64,000 nt of DNA from Candidatus Latescibacterota bacterium. GTDB lineage: Bacteria > Latescibacterota > UBA2968 > GCA-2709665. Below the pieces are notes generated by a model. The model was given only the letters and a program-made list of their open reading frames with translations. It ran no database searches and was not told where the DNA came from. The stretch lies in NCBI GenBank assembly GCA_965203805.1, contig OZ241917.1, positions 4,000,001-4,064,000 of the forward strand, in the 5' to 3' direction. Of the stretch, positions 9,261-19,411 are shown piece after piece. Numbering within the stretch: the first letter of the stretch is position 1; each line of letters starts with the position of its first letter. Both the position numbers and the translations under genes were made by a program.

Positions 9261-10259
9261 ATGCCGGGAGGCCCCATAAAGGTCGCGCTGGCCGGTTGCG
9301 GCGGATTGGGCCGGGCCCACGCCAGAAACGTGGAAGCGCTGGAAGGTGCGCACCTTGTCGCCGTCTGCGACGTCGTATCGGAATCCGCCGCGCAGCTTGC
9401 CGCGCAACTTCCTTCCGGCCCGACGCCTTACGCGGACCACCGCGCCATGCTGGCCGCCGAGAGACCGGACGCCGTGCTGGTGGTTACGCCCAATCACACG
9501 CACAGCCGCATCAGTACGGATGCCGCGCTGGCGGGCGCCCACGTCTTCTGCGAAAAGCCGATGGCGCTGACCGTTGAAGACTGCGAAGCGATGATACGCG
9601 CAGCGCAACAGTCAGACGTATTTCTCATGATAGGCTATGTTCGCCGGTTTCAGGCCGCGTATCAGGAGCTCAAGCGCAGGGTGGACCGGGGAGACGCGGG
9701 GGAAATCACCCTCGCGCATGCGGTGCGTATGGGAACCGGCGCGCCGGGCGGTGTGGGAGGATGGCAGACCCGAAAGGGAACGTACGGCGGTATGTTTTCC
9801 ATGTACAGCCACGAACTCGACCAGCTCGCCTGGCTGGCCGGTGAAATCCGCGCCGTAAATGCCGTCATGAAGTACGGAGATGACCCGGAAAACGAAGTCG
9901 AAGAAAGCATCTTTATCGGCATTGAGTTCGCATCGGGCGCGGTCGGCTCCTTAAGCAGCAGCCGCGTCTACCCGGTCAACAGCTACGAACTCGGCGTGGC
10001 CGGAACGGCCGGCGCGCTCAAGCTCAACGACGCGGGCGGCCCTGTCCTGTTCGCCCGGCACGGCGACAGATCCACGGCCATAGAGGCGCCCCGGAACAAC
10101 GGCCTGATGGACGAAATCGCTCATTTTGTCGGATGTATTCAAAGGGGCGAAGCGCCCCGGTCGGACGGCAGGGATGGAAGGCGCGTTGTCGCGGTTGCCG
10201 CCGCAGCTCACGAATCCGCCAGGACCGGCAAGCGGGTCGAGGTTCCGATGATGACGTGA
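9261..10259 (+). CDS. Gfo/Idh/MocA oxidoreductase
   Basis: GCGGLG, AHVFCEKP, SHELD. Confidence 0.9.
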   Translation: MPGGPIKVALAGCGGLGRAHARNVEALEGAHLVAVCDVVSESAAQLAAQLPSGPTPYADHRAMLAAERPDAVLVVTPNHTHSRISTDAALAGAHVFCEKPMALTVEDCEAMIRAAQQSDVFLMIGYVRRFQAAYQELKRRVDRGDAGEITLAHAVRMGTGAPGGVGGWQTRKGTYGGMFSMYSHELDQLAWLAGEIRAVNAVMKYGDDPENEVEESIFIGIEFASGAVGSLSSSRVYPVNSYELGVAGTAGALKLNDAGGPVLFARHGDRSTAIEAPRNNGLMDEIAHFVGCIQRGEAPRSDGRDGRRVVAVAAAAHESARTGKRVEVPMMT

Positions 10260-10285
10260 GAACGCGCCGTGATTCGGGTGCCCGT

Positions 10286-12013
10286 TCATTCCTCCGCAGG
10301 GCGCATGTCCTCCAGAACAAGCTGCACCTGCGTCCGGCCGTTCCAGGTGTTGGCCTCCAGGGCGCAGGCCACGTCCACGCGATCGCCCCGTTGAAGCCGA
10401 CCCGCCAATTCGCCCTGCCCCCACCAGACCGCGTCGCATATCCGCCGGCCCGTTCGCGCTGCGCCGTCCACGGACGTTTCGGTGTTCAGGTTCATTTTGA
10501 GGTGCGCCCCTTTCCCGACCGCAATGGCGCGATCGATCGTACAGTTCCGCACCATAAACAGCGGCGCTTCGTTTCCCGCGCCGAACGGCGAAAGGGCAGA
10601 CAGCGCCGAGACCGTATCCAGCGAGATCTCATCGGACCGCAGCGCCGCATCCAGTTCCAGCCGGGTTCTCAGGTCCTCATCCGAGATCCGCTCCGCCGCA
10701 TCGGCCTCCATTCTGGCCTTGAAAGCGTCGAAATTTTCGAGGTTGCCCGTAAAGCCGGCCGCAGCGGCATGCCCGCCGTACTCGGCCAGCAGGTCCGCGC
10801 AGCGAAAAATCGCCTCCGCCATATTGTAACCCGCCACCGATCTCGCCGAACCCGTAAAACTGCCGTCACCGCGAACCTCGGTACAGGCAATGCAGGGCCT
10901 GCTGTACCGCTCCGCCAGGCGCCCCGCGATCAACCCCACCACACCCAGGTGCCATTTGTCGCCTTTCGCAACCAGAATACGGTGGGCGTCAAGCGACATG
11001 GATTCCACCTGCTCCACGGCCTGTTTGACGCCCTCGAGCTCGAGTTCCCGCCGGCTTCGGTTGAGCCCGTTCAACCGTTCCGCCAATCGGGCCGCCTCGC
11101 CTGGCACGGAGGTTCGCAACAGGTCCAGCGCCAGGTCCGCGGAGGCCAGCCGACCGGCGCTGTTGATGCGCGGACCCAGGAAAAATCCGATCGCCGTCGT
11201 GTCCACAGGCCGGGTATCGGCGCCGGCGACGGCCTTCAGGGCCTGAAGCCCCGGGCGCTGCGTACGATCCAGAATCTGCATACCCCTGCGGGTCAGCAAC
11301 CGGTTCTCACCCAACATTGGCGCGATGTCCGCCACCGTTCCCAGGGCAACCAGGTCCAACAGCGAATTCAGATAACCCCTGCGCTCCGTTGCATCGATCA
11401 GCGAATCCGAAAGGGCCTGCACGGCCTTGAACGCCACGCCGACGGCCGCGAGCCCCTTGAACGCGTAGCCGCAATCCGGGCGATTGGGATTGACCACCGC
11501 GTAGGCGTCGGGCAGGCGTCCCGGGGGCTGGTGATGATCGGTGACCAGCACGTTGATGCCGGCCGCGTTTGCCGCGTCGACCGCCTCGAACGAGGAAATG
11601 CCGTTGTCCGCCGTCACGATCAGACGCGCGCCCGCTTCGATCGCCCGCTCAACGCCGGGCGGTTTCATCCCGTATCCGTCCCGGTGGCGGTCCGGCAGAA
11701 TGGACGCGACGTCCGCTCCCGCCCGCTCCAGAAAGTCCATCAGTACCGCCGTGCTCGTCACCCCGTCCACGTCGTAATCGCCGAACACGACGATTCGCTC
11801 GCCCGCGCGAACCGCTTTCACAATGCGGTCCGTCAGGCGGTCCATGTCTTTCATGGTAAACGGGTCCTGAAGTACTCCGGGAGAATCGGCGATATCGTCC
11901 GTCGTCAGTCCGCGGTTGGACAGCACCACGTCCACGAGCGGCTCGGCCGGCCCCCCCGATTCGGTGTCGGAGTCCCTTTTGTGCCTCAGCGTCCAGATCG
12001 GGTATTTCTGCAT
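10286..12013 (-). CDS. recJ: Single-stranded-DNA-specific exonuclease RecJ
   Basis: GDYDVDG, TADNG, TDHH, LGTVAD, GPRINSAGR, GSARS, GGHAAAAG and PFGAGN motifs. Confidence 0.96.
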   Translation of the reverse strand: MQKYPIWTLRHKRDSDTESGGPAEPLVDVVLSNRGLTTDDIADSPGVLQDPFTMKDMDRLTDRIVKAVRAGERIVVFGDYDVDGVTSTAVLMDFLERAGADVASILPDRHRDGYGMKPPGVERAIEAGARLIVTADNGISSFEAVDAANAAGINVLVTDHHQPPGRLPDAYAVVNPNRPDCGYAFKGLAAVGVAFKAVQALSDSLIDATERRGYLNSLLDLVALGTVADIAPMLGENRLLTRRGMQILDRTQRPGLQALKAVAGADTRPVDTTAIGFFLGPRINSAGRLASADLALDLLRTSVPGEAARLAERLNGLNRSRRELELEGVKQAVEQVESMSLDAHRILVAKGDKWHLGVVGLIAGRLAERYSRPCIACTEVRGDGSFTGSARSVAGYNMAEAIFRCADLLAEYGGHAAAAGFTGNLENFDAFKARMEADAAERISDEDLRTRLELDAALRSDEISLDTVSALSALSPFGAGNEAPLFMVRNCTIDRAIAVGKGAHLKMNLNTETSVDGAARTGRRICDAVWWGQGELAGRLQRGDRVDVACALEANTWNGRTQVQLVLEDMRPAEE

Positions 12014-12115
12014 CGGTACCTCAAGAAGGAATTGGATTCCCTGTGGGAGCCTGGATGCCCCCTGGGAGCGTCGGTAAATATATCATGAGTTTTCGGGTCG
12101 GGCAAAAGACATGTG

Positions 12116-12405
12116 GCTATCAGCCGTTAGCTTGAACCAAAATCAAAATTCAACTTCAACGTCCACATCTCCCCAAATTCCCGAAAGGCGGGGAGACGTA
12201 AGACGTGAGACGTGAGATGACATCAGTGCCTGAAAAGCGGGGAGACGCAAGACGTGAGACGTGAGATTATATGATTGCCTGTTCGGTATCATCTCTTGCC
12301 GCAGGCATAACGATAAAACCAATCGGGCAAGGACGTCATCTACCGTCTCACCTCTACCCTCTCACCGCCTTCATCTACCGTCTAACGTCTCCCGTCTTAC
12401 CGCCT
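12116..12405. repeat. Composite intergenic repeat: CACATCTCCCCAAATTCC motif plus GAGACGT heptamer arms around a conserved core
   Basis: Core recurs inverted at about 38957-39200 and direct at about 16787-16870; CACATCTCCCCAAATTCC recurs near 39411-39446 (reverse) and 61236-61268. Confidence 0.75.
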
Positions 12406-12553
12406 TTTGAAAAGGACAGGGGAATGGTGGACGTAACGGGTTTGGGTGAGTCTCTTACTCGGAAATTTATTTGTTGGCGCATCGGGCGAATGCCGTATAT
12501 TCCTCTTTGGATACCCGACCTGAATTCAACCCGAAATCCATACGGTTCACGGT

Positions 12554-12925
12554 TTGCCCAGAATCCTGCTCGCGGAAGACGGCCCCACCGCCATGACTCT
12601 CGCCGGCGGACTGTTCGACCACCGAGACGTCGAACTGGACGTGGTCACAGACGGTCGCAGCGCTCTGGAGACCCTGGCGGCGAATCCAAAGGGGTACGCA
12701 CTCGTCATTCTCGCATACGATCTACCGGAAATCAGCGGGGTTGATTGTATTCGTTTCATTCGCAAGATGTTTGCCCGTCTGCCCGTGCTGGTTCTCCTGG
12801 ACACTCCGGATCAGGCGCGCGTGAACGAGCTTGCGGAACTCGGTATCTCACGCGGCCATATCCTCGAAAAGCCGGCGACCCCCGAGTCCCTGGCCGTCCG
12901 GGTTGGAAATTTGATCAGCCTCTGA
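12554..12925 (+). CDS. Single-domain response-regulator receiver, atypical
   Basis: RILLAED, LVILAYDLPEISG, EKP; TTG start; phosphoacceptor Asp position appears to be Ala. Confidence 0.75.
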   Translation: MPRILLAEDGPTAMTLAGGLFDHRDVELDVVTDGRSALETLAANPKGYALVILAYDLPEISGVDCIRFIRKMFARLPVLVLLDTPDQARVNELAELGISRGHILEKPATPESLAVRVGNLISL

Positions 12926-13012
12926 AGCGCGGACGTTTTTTGAAACAAAATGCAACCTTGAGAATCATATATTCACTAAAACGCTTCTCCCCGCAAGGAC
13001 AAAGGAGAGTTC

Positions 13013-13408
13013 ATGTCGCGGCACTTTGAAACCGTAAAAGCCTATCTTCAGGACCTTGAACTGGTCATTGAAGAAGAAGATTCAGATGAGGAACTGGTGG
13101 TTGTTTCCGACGAAGACCGCGGGATCCACCAGCTCATTGTGGACTGCGAAGATCCCATCCTCATTCTGGAACAGGCCATCATGCCTATCCCCAACAACCC
13201 CGGCGATCTCTACAGGCGGCTGCTGGAGATAAACCGGACGCTCATCCACGGCGCTTTCGCGCTGGACGAGGAGACAGGAACCATTCTGTTCCGCGACACC
13301 CTTCGCCTGGATACGCTGGACAGGGCGGAAATCGAGGGCGCCGTCAACGCCCTGGGCTTTGCACTGGGCGAAAACGCCGAAGAACTGTTGAGTTACAGCA
13401 GGCAATAG
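13013..13408 (+). CDS. YbjN/CesT-like chaperone-fold protein
   Basis: LYRRLLEINRTLIHGAFALD...ILFRDTL pattern; sits directly upstream of pspA. Confidence 0.8.
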   Translation: MSRHFETVKAYLQDLELVIEEEDSDEELVVVSDEDRGIHQLIVDCEDPILILEQAIMPIPNNPGDLYRRLLEINRTLIHGAFALDEETGTILFRDTLRLDTLDRAEIEGAVNALGFALGENAEELLSYSRQ

Positions 13409-13495
13409 TCAAAGCAGGGGTCGGAACCCCGGAAATCGAGCCGTTGCGTGTCCCGACCTCCAGACATCGAATCCCGCATCAAATAGGAGCATGCC

Positions 13496-14197
13496 ATGGG
13501 CGTCTTTCAACGCATCTTTCGCGTGGGCCAGGCCGAAGTACACGCTGCCATCGACAAACTCGAAGATCCGATCCGCCTGACGGAACAGGGCATCCGGGAT
13601 CTCAAGAAAGATCTGAGCAACGCCATGACCAGCCTCGCCGAGGTCAAGGGACAGGGTATCCGGCTGCGCAAACAGGCATCCGACAGCAAGAAGGCGGCGG
13701 CGGACTACGAACGGAAAGCCATGGCGCTGCTTCAGAGGGCCCAGAAGAACGACATCGACCCCGCAGAAGCAGACCGATTGGCCGGTGAAGCGCTGGCGCG
13801 CAAGGAGGAAAACGTGAGCCGGGCGGCCACCTTGAGCCAGAACGCCCAACAGCAGGAGGAAATGGCCGCGCAGTTGCAGACCCAGGTGGACAAGCTCAAA
13901 TCTTCCATTGCCGGTTACGAAAACGACCTGGTAACGCTGCGCGCCCGGGCCCGGACGGCCGCGGCAACCAAGAAAATCAACAAGCAACTCGCGAAGGTGG
14001 ACTCTAACGGTACGATCGCCATGCTCGAACGCATGAAGGAGCGGGTGGAAGAAGACGAGTCCCTGTCGCAGGCCTACGGCGAAGTGGCGGACGCCTCCAA
14101 GAGCGTGGACGAGGAGATCGACGCCGCGCTCCAGGAGAAGAGTCCCGGCGCGGACAAGCTGGCCGAACTCAAGAACAAGATGGGAATTCAAGCGTAA
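13496..14197 (+). CDS. pspA: PspA/IM30 family protein
   Basis: MGVFQRIFR amphipathic helix, IDKLEDP, long coiled coil, LAELKNKM C-terminus. Confidence 0.9.
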   Translation: MGVFQRIFRVGQAEVHAAIDKLEDPIRLTEQGIRDLKKDLSNAMTSLAEVKGQGIRLRKQASDSKKAAADYERKAMALLQRAQKNDIDPAEADRLAGEALARKEENVSRAATLSQNAQQQEEMAAQLQTQVDKLKSSIAGYENDLVTLRARARTAAATKKINKQLAKVDSNGTIAMLERMKERVEEDESLSQAYGEVADASKSVDEEIDAALQEKSPGADKLAELKNKMGIQA

Positions 14198-14245
14198 AGT
14201 CGCCGCCTGGAATTACGGTTCCCGGTGGCGGCCGGAGGCGTTTTC

Positions 14246-14779
14246 GTGAACTGGAATCCCTTCAGGAAAAAGACTGATGAAGTCGACCCCGTGGTCGACT
14301 TCTCACTGTCTGATCTCAAGCCCGGTTACGTGGTCGACTATGACCTGAAAACCTGGAAGGTCACGGCGAAGAACCATTACGATTTCGATGGAGACCGCGT
14401 GGACGAATGGGAGTTGACCTGCGCCGATGACGTCATGTACCTTGAACGTGAGGAGGATGACGGCCTCAGCTGGACCGTTTCACGCAAGATCCCGATCTCC
14501 AGGGTCGACGGCGACCCGAGATCCCACATCGTGGAACACGAAGACCCGCCCGAAGAAATAACCTGCGACGGGGTCGCCTACTATGCGGAATCTTCCGATG
14601 CGGGTGAATTCTACAAGGACGGCGAAGGAACGCCGCGGGAACTGATTACCTGGGAATACCTGGACGATTCCGAGCGGAAGACGCTGACGATCGAACAGTG
14701 GGGCGAGGACGACTTCGAAGCCTCGGTCGGCGAAATCGTCGAAGAATACCAGTTCACCGATATTCTGCCAACCGGGTAG
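14246..14779 (+). CDS. DUF4178-domain protein
   Basis: GGAGG RBS before GTG 14246; acidic beta-rich protein with EWEL...YLERE and LTIEQW; typical pspA neighbour. Confidence 0.75.
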   Translation: MNWNPFRKKTDEVDPVVDFSLSDLKPGYVVDYDLKTWKVTAKNHYDFDGDRVDEWELTCADDVMYLEREEDDGLSWTVSRKIPISRVDGDPRSHIVEHEDPPEEITCDGVAYYAESSDAGEFYKDGEGTPRELITWEYLDDSERKTLTIEQWGEDDFEASVGEIVEEYQFTDILPTG

Positions 14780-14889
14780 ACGATACCGAGAATCAAGTGG
14801 GGACTTGTCTGCAGCGGCAGGCTGGCAGGGAGAACACCGGTTGGGACCGGCATCTGCCCGTCGCTGACACTTTACGAGGAATTCCGGAG

Positions 14890-15306
14890 ATGAAGCGAAC
14901 TGCCACACTCTACCTCACTAACATTGCAGACGGCATCGGGGCGCTTAGCGCGACGGTTTGCGCATTGCACTGTATCGCCCTTCCGGCCATTCTGATTGTC
15001 GGGACCGCTCTTCCGACCGTTTTTCTTGACGATGAGTCCTTTCACCGCGCGATGTTGTGGTTGGTCGTGCCTTCCGCTGTATTGGCGCTTGGGCTTGGCT
15101 GCTGGCGACATAAGGACCGATGGGCACTGCTGTTAGGTGCAATTGGCCTCACGGGCATGGTTCTGTCAGGCGTGGCATTACACGGTTTGGTCGGAGAATT
15201 CGGCGAAGTCGTTGTGACCCTGGTGTCCGCCTCCATTCTCATTGCCGCTCACGTTCGCAATTTCAAGCTATGTCGTTCCGAGTCGTGTCGTCATGACGCG
15301 ACCTGA
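14890..15306 (+). CDS. MerC-domain membrane protein
   Basis: SATVCALHCIALP motif, four TM helices, AHVRNFKLCR. Confidence 0.85.
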   Translation: MKRTATLYLTNIADGIGALSATVCALHCIALPAILIVGTALPTVFLDDESFHRAMLWLVVPSAVLALGLGCWRHKDRWALLLGAIGLTGMVLSGVALHGLVGEFGEVVVTLVSASILIAAHVRNFKLCRSESCRHDAT

Positions 15307-15354
15307 GCGGCTGACTGTAAATTTGCATTTCAATTGTGCAAAATCCCCGACTAA

Positions 15355-15388
15355 AACGGGCCGAACGACGGTTGTCGTCCGGCCTGTT
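15355..15388. terminator. Probable bidirectional terminator between convergent genes
   Basis: AACGGGCCGAACGAC-GGTT-GTCGTCCGGCCTGTT hairpin with A-rich and T-rich flanks. Confidence 0.6.
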
Positions 15389-15421
15389 CTTGTTACCCGT
15401 TGTCCCGTTTAGAAGCGCTTC

Positions 15422-16093
15422 TCAGGCCAGGAACCGTAACTCGCTTTCCTCGCCGGCTCGAATCCTGGCGCAGTGGTCCTCGAGGTTCAGCATCTCGATG
15501 AGACTCACGCCATTTTTCATTTCAGCAAGCAGCCGCGCCTCCTTCCTCTGCACCTTTTCCGCAATTGGAATGACTTCCGCAATCTCTTCGTCAGCAGCGA
15601 CAATCAACCCGTCGTCGTCTCCGAAGACGATCTCGCCTGGATGAACGCGCACGCCGCCGCACGTAACGGGAACCTGCGACTCGAATAGCCTGTCCGTGGC
15701 GCCGGCAACCGGAGTGACCGACCGCGCGAAGTAGGGAACGCCCAGCCGGCGGATCGCGGCCGTGTCCCTGCACGGTCCGTCGTTGACGATCCCGGCCAGC
15801 CCTTTTCGCTTCGCCTCAGTCGGAAACAATTCCCCGGTCAGCGCCTTCGTGCTCCCCTGGGAGTCGATCACCAGCACTTCGCCTGGCGAGGCATCGCGAA
15901 GGGCCGCGATCACGGTCAGAAAGTCATCGCGGCAGGTGACCGTATGCGCGCGTCCGATCAGCTTCAGGCCGGGCGTGATCGGCCGGACAGCGGGATCGAT
16001 GGCCCTGACCGGCTTGTCGAGCGCTTTATACCCATCGCAGACGCACGCCGTGTCCAGCCGGGAAAGGCGACGTTTGATCTCGTCGAAATCCAT
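15422..16093 (-). CDS. RraA family (HMG aldolase-like) protein
   Basis: TACVCD, GRAHTV, ALTGE, DGPCRD, VHPGEIVFGDDDG. Confidence 0.9.
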   Translation of the reverse strand: MDFDEIKRRLSRLDTACVCDGYKALDKPVRAIDPAVRPITPGLKLIGRAHTVTCRDDFLTVIAALRDASPGEVLVIDSQGSTKALTGELFPTEAKRKGLAGIVNDGPCRDTAAIRRLGVPYFARSVTPVAGATDRLFESQVPVTCGGVRVHPGEIVFGDDDGLIVAADEEIAEVIPIAEKVQRKEARLLAEMKNGVSLIEMLNLEDHCARIRAGEESELRFLA

Positions 16094-16104
16094 TGGATGA
16101 ATCC

Positions 16105-16960
16105 TTAAAGGCGGTGAGACGTGAGAAGGTAGACGGGAGATTACAACACCGCGATCCCCGGTCAGCGGTATGGCCACGCGATATCAATTCGTGGAGTTGC
16201 GACCTCACTTAAAGGCGGTGAGACGTGAGTGGGTAGACGGGAGATTATTCGCTCCGCGCAGAATAATATGGGTTGCAATAGTGATTAGCGAGATGTTTCG
16301 GTCATGCCTGCGCCAACACTGTGACGACGCCGTCTTGAGGGTGGGGCGGACATTCCTGTCTGCCGCCACGATGTCATGCTGAGGCGGCGCGAGGGAAACC
16401 ATGCCTCCGCGCATACGGGCCGGTGAAGTCTTCCGCTGCACGTCGAGCGGAGAAGACGGGAGATTCTTCGCTGCGCTCAGAATGACACGTTTAGCGATAA
16501 CCATTGAGGAAGTGTATCAATCACACCGTCGCCCAAAACTGTCATCCTGAGGAAGCCGCCCTGCCTGCCAGCGGTTTATTGGCATGCAGGCTGACGAAGG
16601 ATCTACTGCGGCATCGCTTGATACCCGAGCGTCATTTGTCATTCGCCGCGACCTGACAGGCGGCACGTATGCACGCACACGGTCAGGCTGAGGCGGCCGC
16701 CAGGGAAACCAGGCCTCTGCGCATATGGGCCGGTGAAGTCTTCCGTTGCTCGTCAAACCGAGACGTGAGCGATTGTCTGCACTGTGCGGTTTCATTTCTT
16801 GCCAGAGGCACAAAGGAAGAACCAATTGGGCAAGGATGTCATCTACCGTCTTGCGTCTCACGTCTCCCCGGTTTTATTGCCCTGTGAGGTCTCAATTCCG
16901 GCCGGAGGCATTGAGAAAGAGCATATCGGGCAAGGATTTCCTCTACCGTCTCCCCTCTCT
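16105..16960. repeat. Mosaic of REP-like motifs, heptamer repeats and a direct repeat (16378-16444 / 16687-16754)
   Basis: Contains copies of the motifs seen near 478, 665, 2008 and 12290; no credible ORF. Confidence 0.75.
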
Positions 16961-16965
16961 TCGAT

Positions 16966-18570
16966 TTACCATCCCCACTCACCTTCGCGGTAATAGCTAT
17001 CCACCACCGGCGCCAGTTCCGTATTCACTGCCAGTTCTTCGACGCCATCGAACATGCCCTTCCAGAAGTGCAGCATGCCCAACATCGCCTCTCGGTTCAG
17101 GAAGACGGTCTCGACGTCCGAAAAGCGCAGCGCCAATGCCCTGCGTTTCAGGTCCGCTTCCGAAATCACCTCTTCCTTCATGCCCAGGTGCCACCCCCAA
17201 TCCCCCATGGTCGGAATCGCATTGTGGTAGGGCAACACACGGAAGCCCGACGCCTTCATGGTCCGGTACACGCAAAGAAACGCCCGTCTGGCGTGGAGCG
17301 GGCTGGAACTCTGCGTCACGAGAACCCCGTGTTGCGACAGATGCCGCCTGCACGCCGTATAGAACTCCTTCGAATACAGTCGGGCGAGGTCCGGCCCCTT
17401 GGGGTCCGGCAGATCGACGAGAATGACATCATAAATCCTATCGTCGTCTGCCAGAAACCGCCCTGCGTCACGGGTCGCTATCGTCACGCGATCATCGGTA
17501 AACGCGCCGTCATTCGCATCGACAAATACGGGATGGGTCCGCGCCAGCCGGATCATTTCGGGATCCAGGTCCACCAGCGTCACCCGTTTCACATCGCCGT
17601 ATTTCAATACTTCCCGGAGCGCCAGTCCATCCCCTCCACCCAGAATCAGCACCCGTTCCCTGGATGCCGCCAGTCCCATTGCCGGGTGTACGAGGGGCTC
17701 GTGGTACCGTTCCTCGTCGTACGTGCTGAATTGCATGCCGCCGTTCAGGTACAACCAATGGTACCCCTTCCACTGCGTCACCACGATCCGCTGGTACGGG
17801 GTCTGTGCCTCGTAGATCACGCGGTCCCGGTAACGGCTCTGCTCTCCGTATTGAACGATGGGCTTCATGTACACGCCCAGGGCAATCAGTCCGGCCGCGG
17901 TGAGCCAGAATGCGGCGATCAGCGCTTTGCGCCGTACCAGCAGGGCCCGATATTGCCACAACAGCGCGGATGCAACCGCGAAATTGACCGCCCCAAGCGC
18001 GATCGGCGTATACGTCAATCCCAGCTTCGGCAACGCGAAAAACGCAAACAGCAGCCCCCCCGCGAGCGCGCCGAAATAGTCCTTCTCCAAGACAGAGGCG
18101 ATATTGGTTCGCAGCACCTCGTACGCGTCGTTCATGCGCGTGACAAGGGGAATCTCCAGTCCGATCAGAAGTCCGATCGCTGCCGCATAGGCATAAATAA
18201 TGGCGCTCGTCCCCTCGACGAACGCCGTACCCCAATAGGCCGCTGCGGCAGACGTTGCACACAGCACCGACAGGATAAATTCAACCGCGATAAACCGGTC
18301 CAGCAACCGCTCGGTGAGATATCGGCTCAGCCGGCTTCCGAGCCCCATCGTAAAAAACATCAACGACATCACCAGCGTCCACTGCAATGTCGTGTTTCCA
18401 AGCAGATAGCTGGCCAGCGTCGAGAGCACGAACTCCGCGACGATTCCGGCCAGCCCCGTCGCGAACAGACACGCCTTCAACAGCCGGCCGCTTCCGGTTC
18501 CTCCCGGTGTTACGGTCGGGGCGGCTCCTCCGGCACCACGGCCTTCCGGGACGCTGTCTTTTACCGACAT
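16966..18570 (-). CDS. speE: Membrane-bound polyamine aminopropyltransferase (spermidine-synthase-like)
   Basis: N-terminal TM region, then TPYQRI, YHEPLVHP, LILGGGDG, VDLD and VDLPDP. Confidence 0.9.
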   Translation of the reverse strand: MSVKDSVPEGRGAGGAAPTVTPGGTGSGRLLKACLFATGLAGIVAEFVLSTLASYLLGNTTLQWTLVMSLMFFTMGLGSRLSRYLTERLLDRFIAVEFILSVLCATSAAAAYWGTAFVEGTSAIIYAYAAAIGLLIGLEIPLVTRMNDAYEVLRTNIASVLEKDYFGALAGGLLFAFFALPKLGLTYTPIALGAVNFAVASALLWQYRALLVRRKALIAAFWLTAAGLIALGVYMKPIVQYGEQSRYRDRVIYEAQTPYQRIVVTQWKGYHWLYLNGGMQFSTYDEERYHEPLVHPAMGLAASRERVLILGGGDGLALREVLKYGDVKRVTLVDLDPEMIRLARTHPVFVDANDGAFTDDRVTIATRDAGRFLADDDRIYDVILVDLPDPKGPDLARLYSKEFYTACRRHLSQHGVLVTQSSSPLHARRAFLCVYRTMKASGFRVLPYHNAIPTMGDWGWHLGMKEEVISEADLKRRALALRFSDVETVFLNREAMLGMLHFWKGMFDGVEELAVNTELAPVVDSYYREGEWGW

Positions 18571-18598
18571 ACCCGTTTCTTCTGTCCGGGACAGAACA

Positions 18599-19399
18599 TC
18601 AGACGGCTTTACACGTCAATCCGCCATCCACGACGAGTTCGGCGCCCGTGACGTATTTCGCCTCGTCCGAAGCCAGGTACAGGGCCGCGTAGGCCACGTC
18701 CCAGGCATCGCCCATCCTGCCCATCGGACACTGACTGTCGCGAATCTCGATCATCCTCTCGACGTCGCCTTCCGCGTAAAACTCGGCCAGAGACTTCGCT
18801 ACCATCGGCGTATTCATGAATCCCGGCAATATGGCATTGGCGCGGATGTTTTTCTTCGCGTACTGCATGGCGATACTCTGGGTCAGCTGATTCACACCAC
18901 CCTTGGTCGCGCTGTAGGAAACATAGGGCACGCCCAGCCAGCGGATGGAGGTGATCGACGAAATATTCACGATCGCTCCTCCCCCCTGGCGTTCCATGTG
19001 CGGAAGCACATGCTTGCATGTCAGGAACATGCTCTTGAGATTCACGTCAACCACGCGGTCCCAGGTTTCCTCGCTGAGTTCGGCGCACCCGCCCACCTGG
19101 AGAATACCGACGTTATTGTGCAGAATATCGATTCGGTCGTACGTGTCAATGCATCCGGCGACCAGCGTATCGACGTCTTCCGACCTCGATACGTCCGCCG
19201 TGTGAGCCGTACAGTTCCCTCCCTCACCCGCGATAATGTCGCGGGTCTCCGCCGCCGCGTCCGGATTGATATCCACGGCGAATACGCGGGCGCCTTCCCT
19301 CGCGAAGAGAACGGCCGCCGCCTTGCCGTTACCCCATCCGGGTCCGACCGAACCGGCCCCCGTCACGATCGCGACCTTATTTTGGAGACGATTTCCCAC
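18599..19399 (-). CDS. SDR family oxidoreductase
   Basis: TGAGS..GWGNG, HNNVG, YSATK. Confidence 0.92.
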   Translation of the reverse strand: MGNRLQNKVAIVTGAGSVGPGWGNGKAAAVLFAREGARVFAVDINPDAAAETRDIIAGEGGNCTAHTADVSRSEDVDTLVAGCIDTYDRIDILHNNVGILQVGGCAELSEETWDRVVDVNLKSMFLTCKHVLPHMERQGGGAIVNISSITSIRWLGVPYVSYSATKGGVNQLTQSIAMQYAKKNIRANAILPGFMNTPMVAKSLAEFYAEGDVERMIEIRDSQCPMGRMGDAWDVAYAALYLASDEAKYVTGAELVVDGGLTCKAV

Positions 19400-19411
19400 T
19401 CTTGCCGTTTC

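Noticed and set aside
10133-12088. 651-aa plus-strand ORF (and similar long antisense ORFs at 17068, 30522, 32181, 40410, 62198)
   Set aside because: Shadow ORFs opposite well-supported genes in GC-rich DNA, with no recognisable motifs
14804-14830. Further copy of the CCTGYCTG..CAGGCAGG mini-palindrome
   Set aside because: Ends too degenerate and no empty-site comparison available
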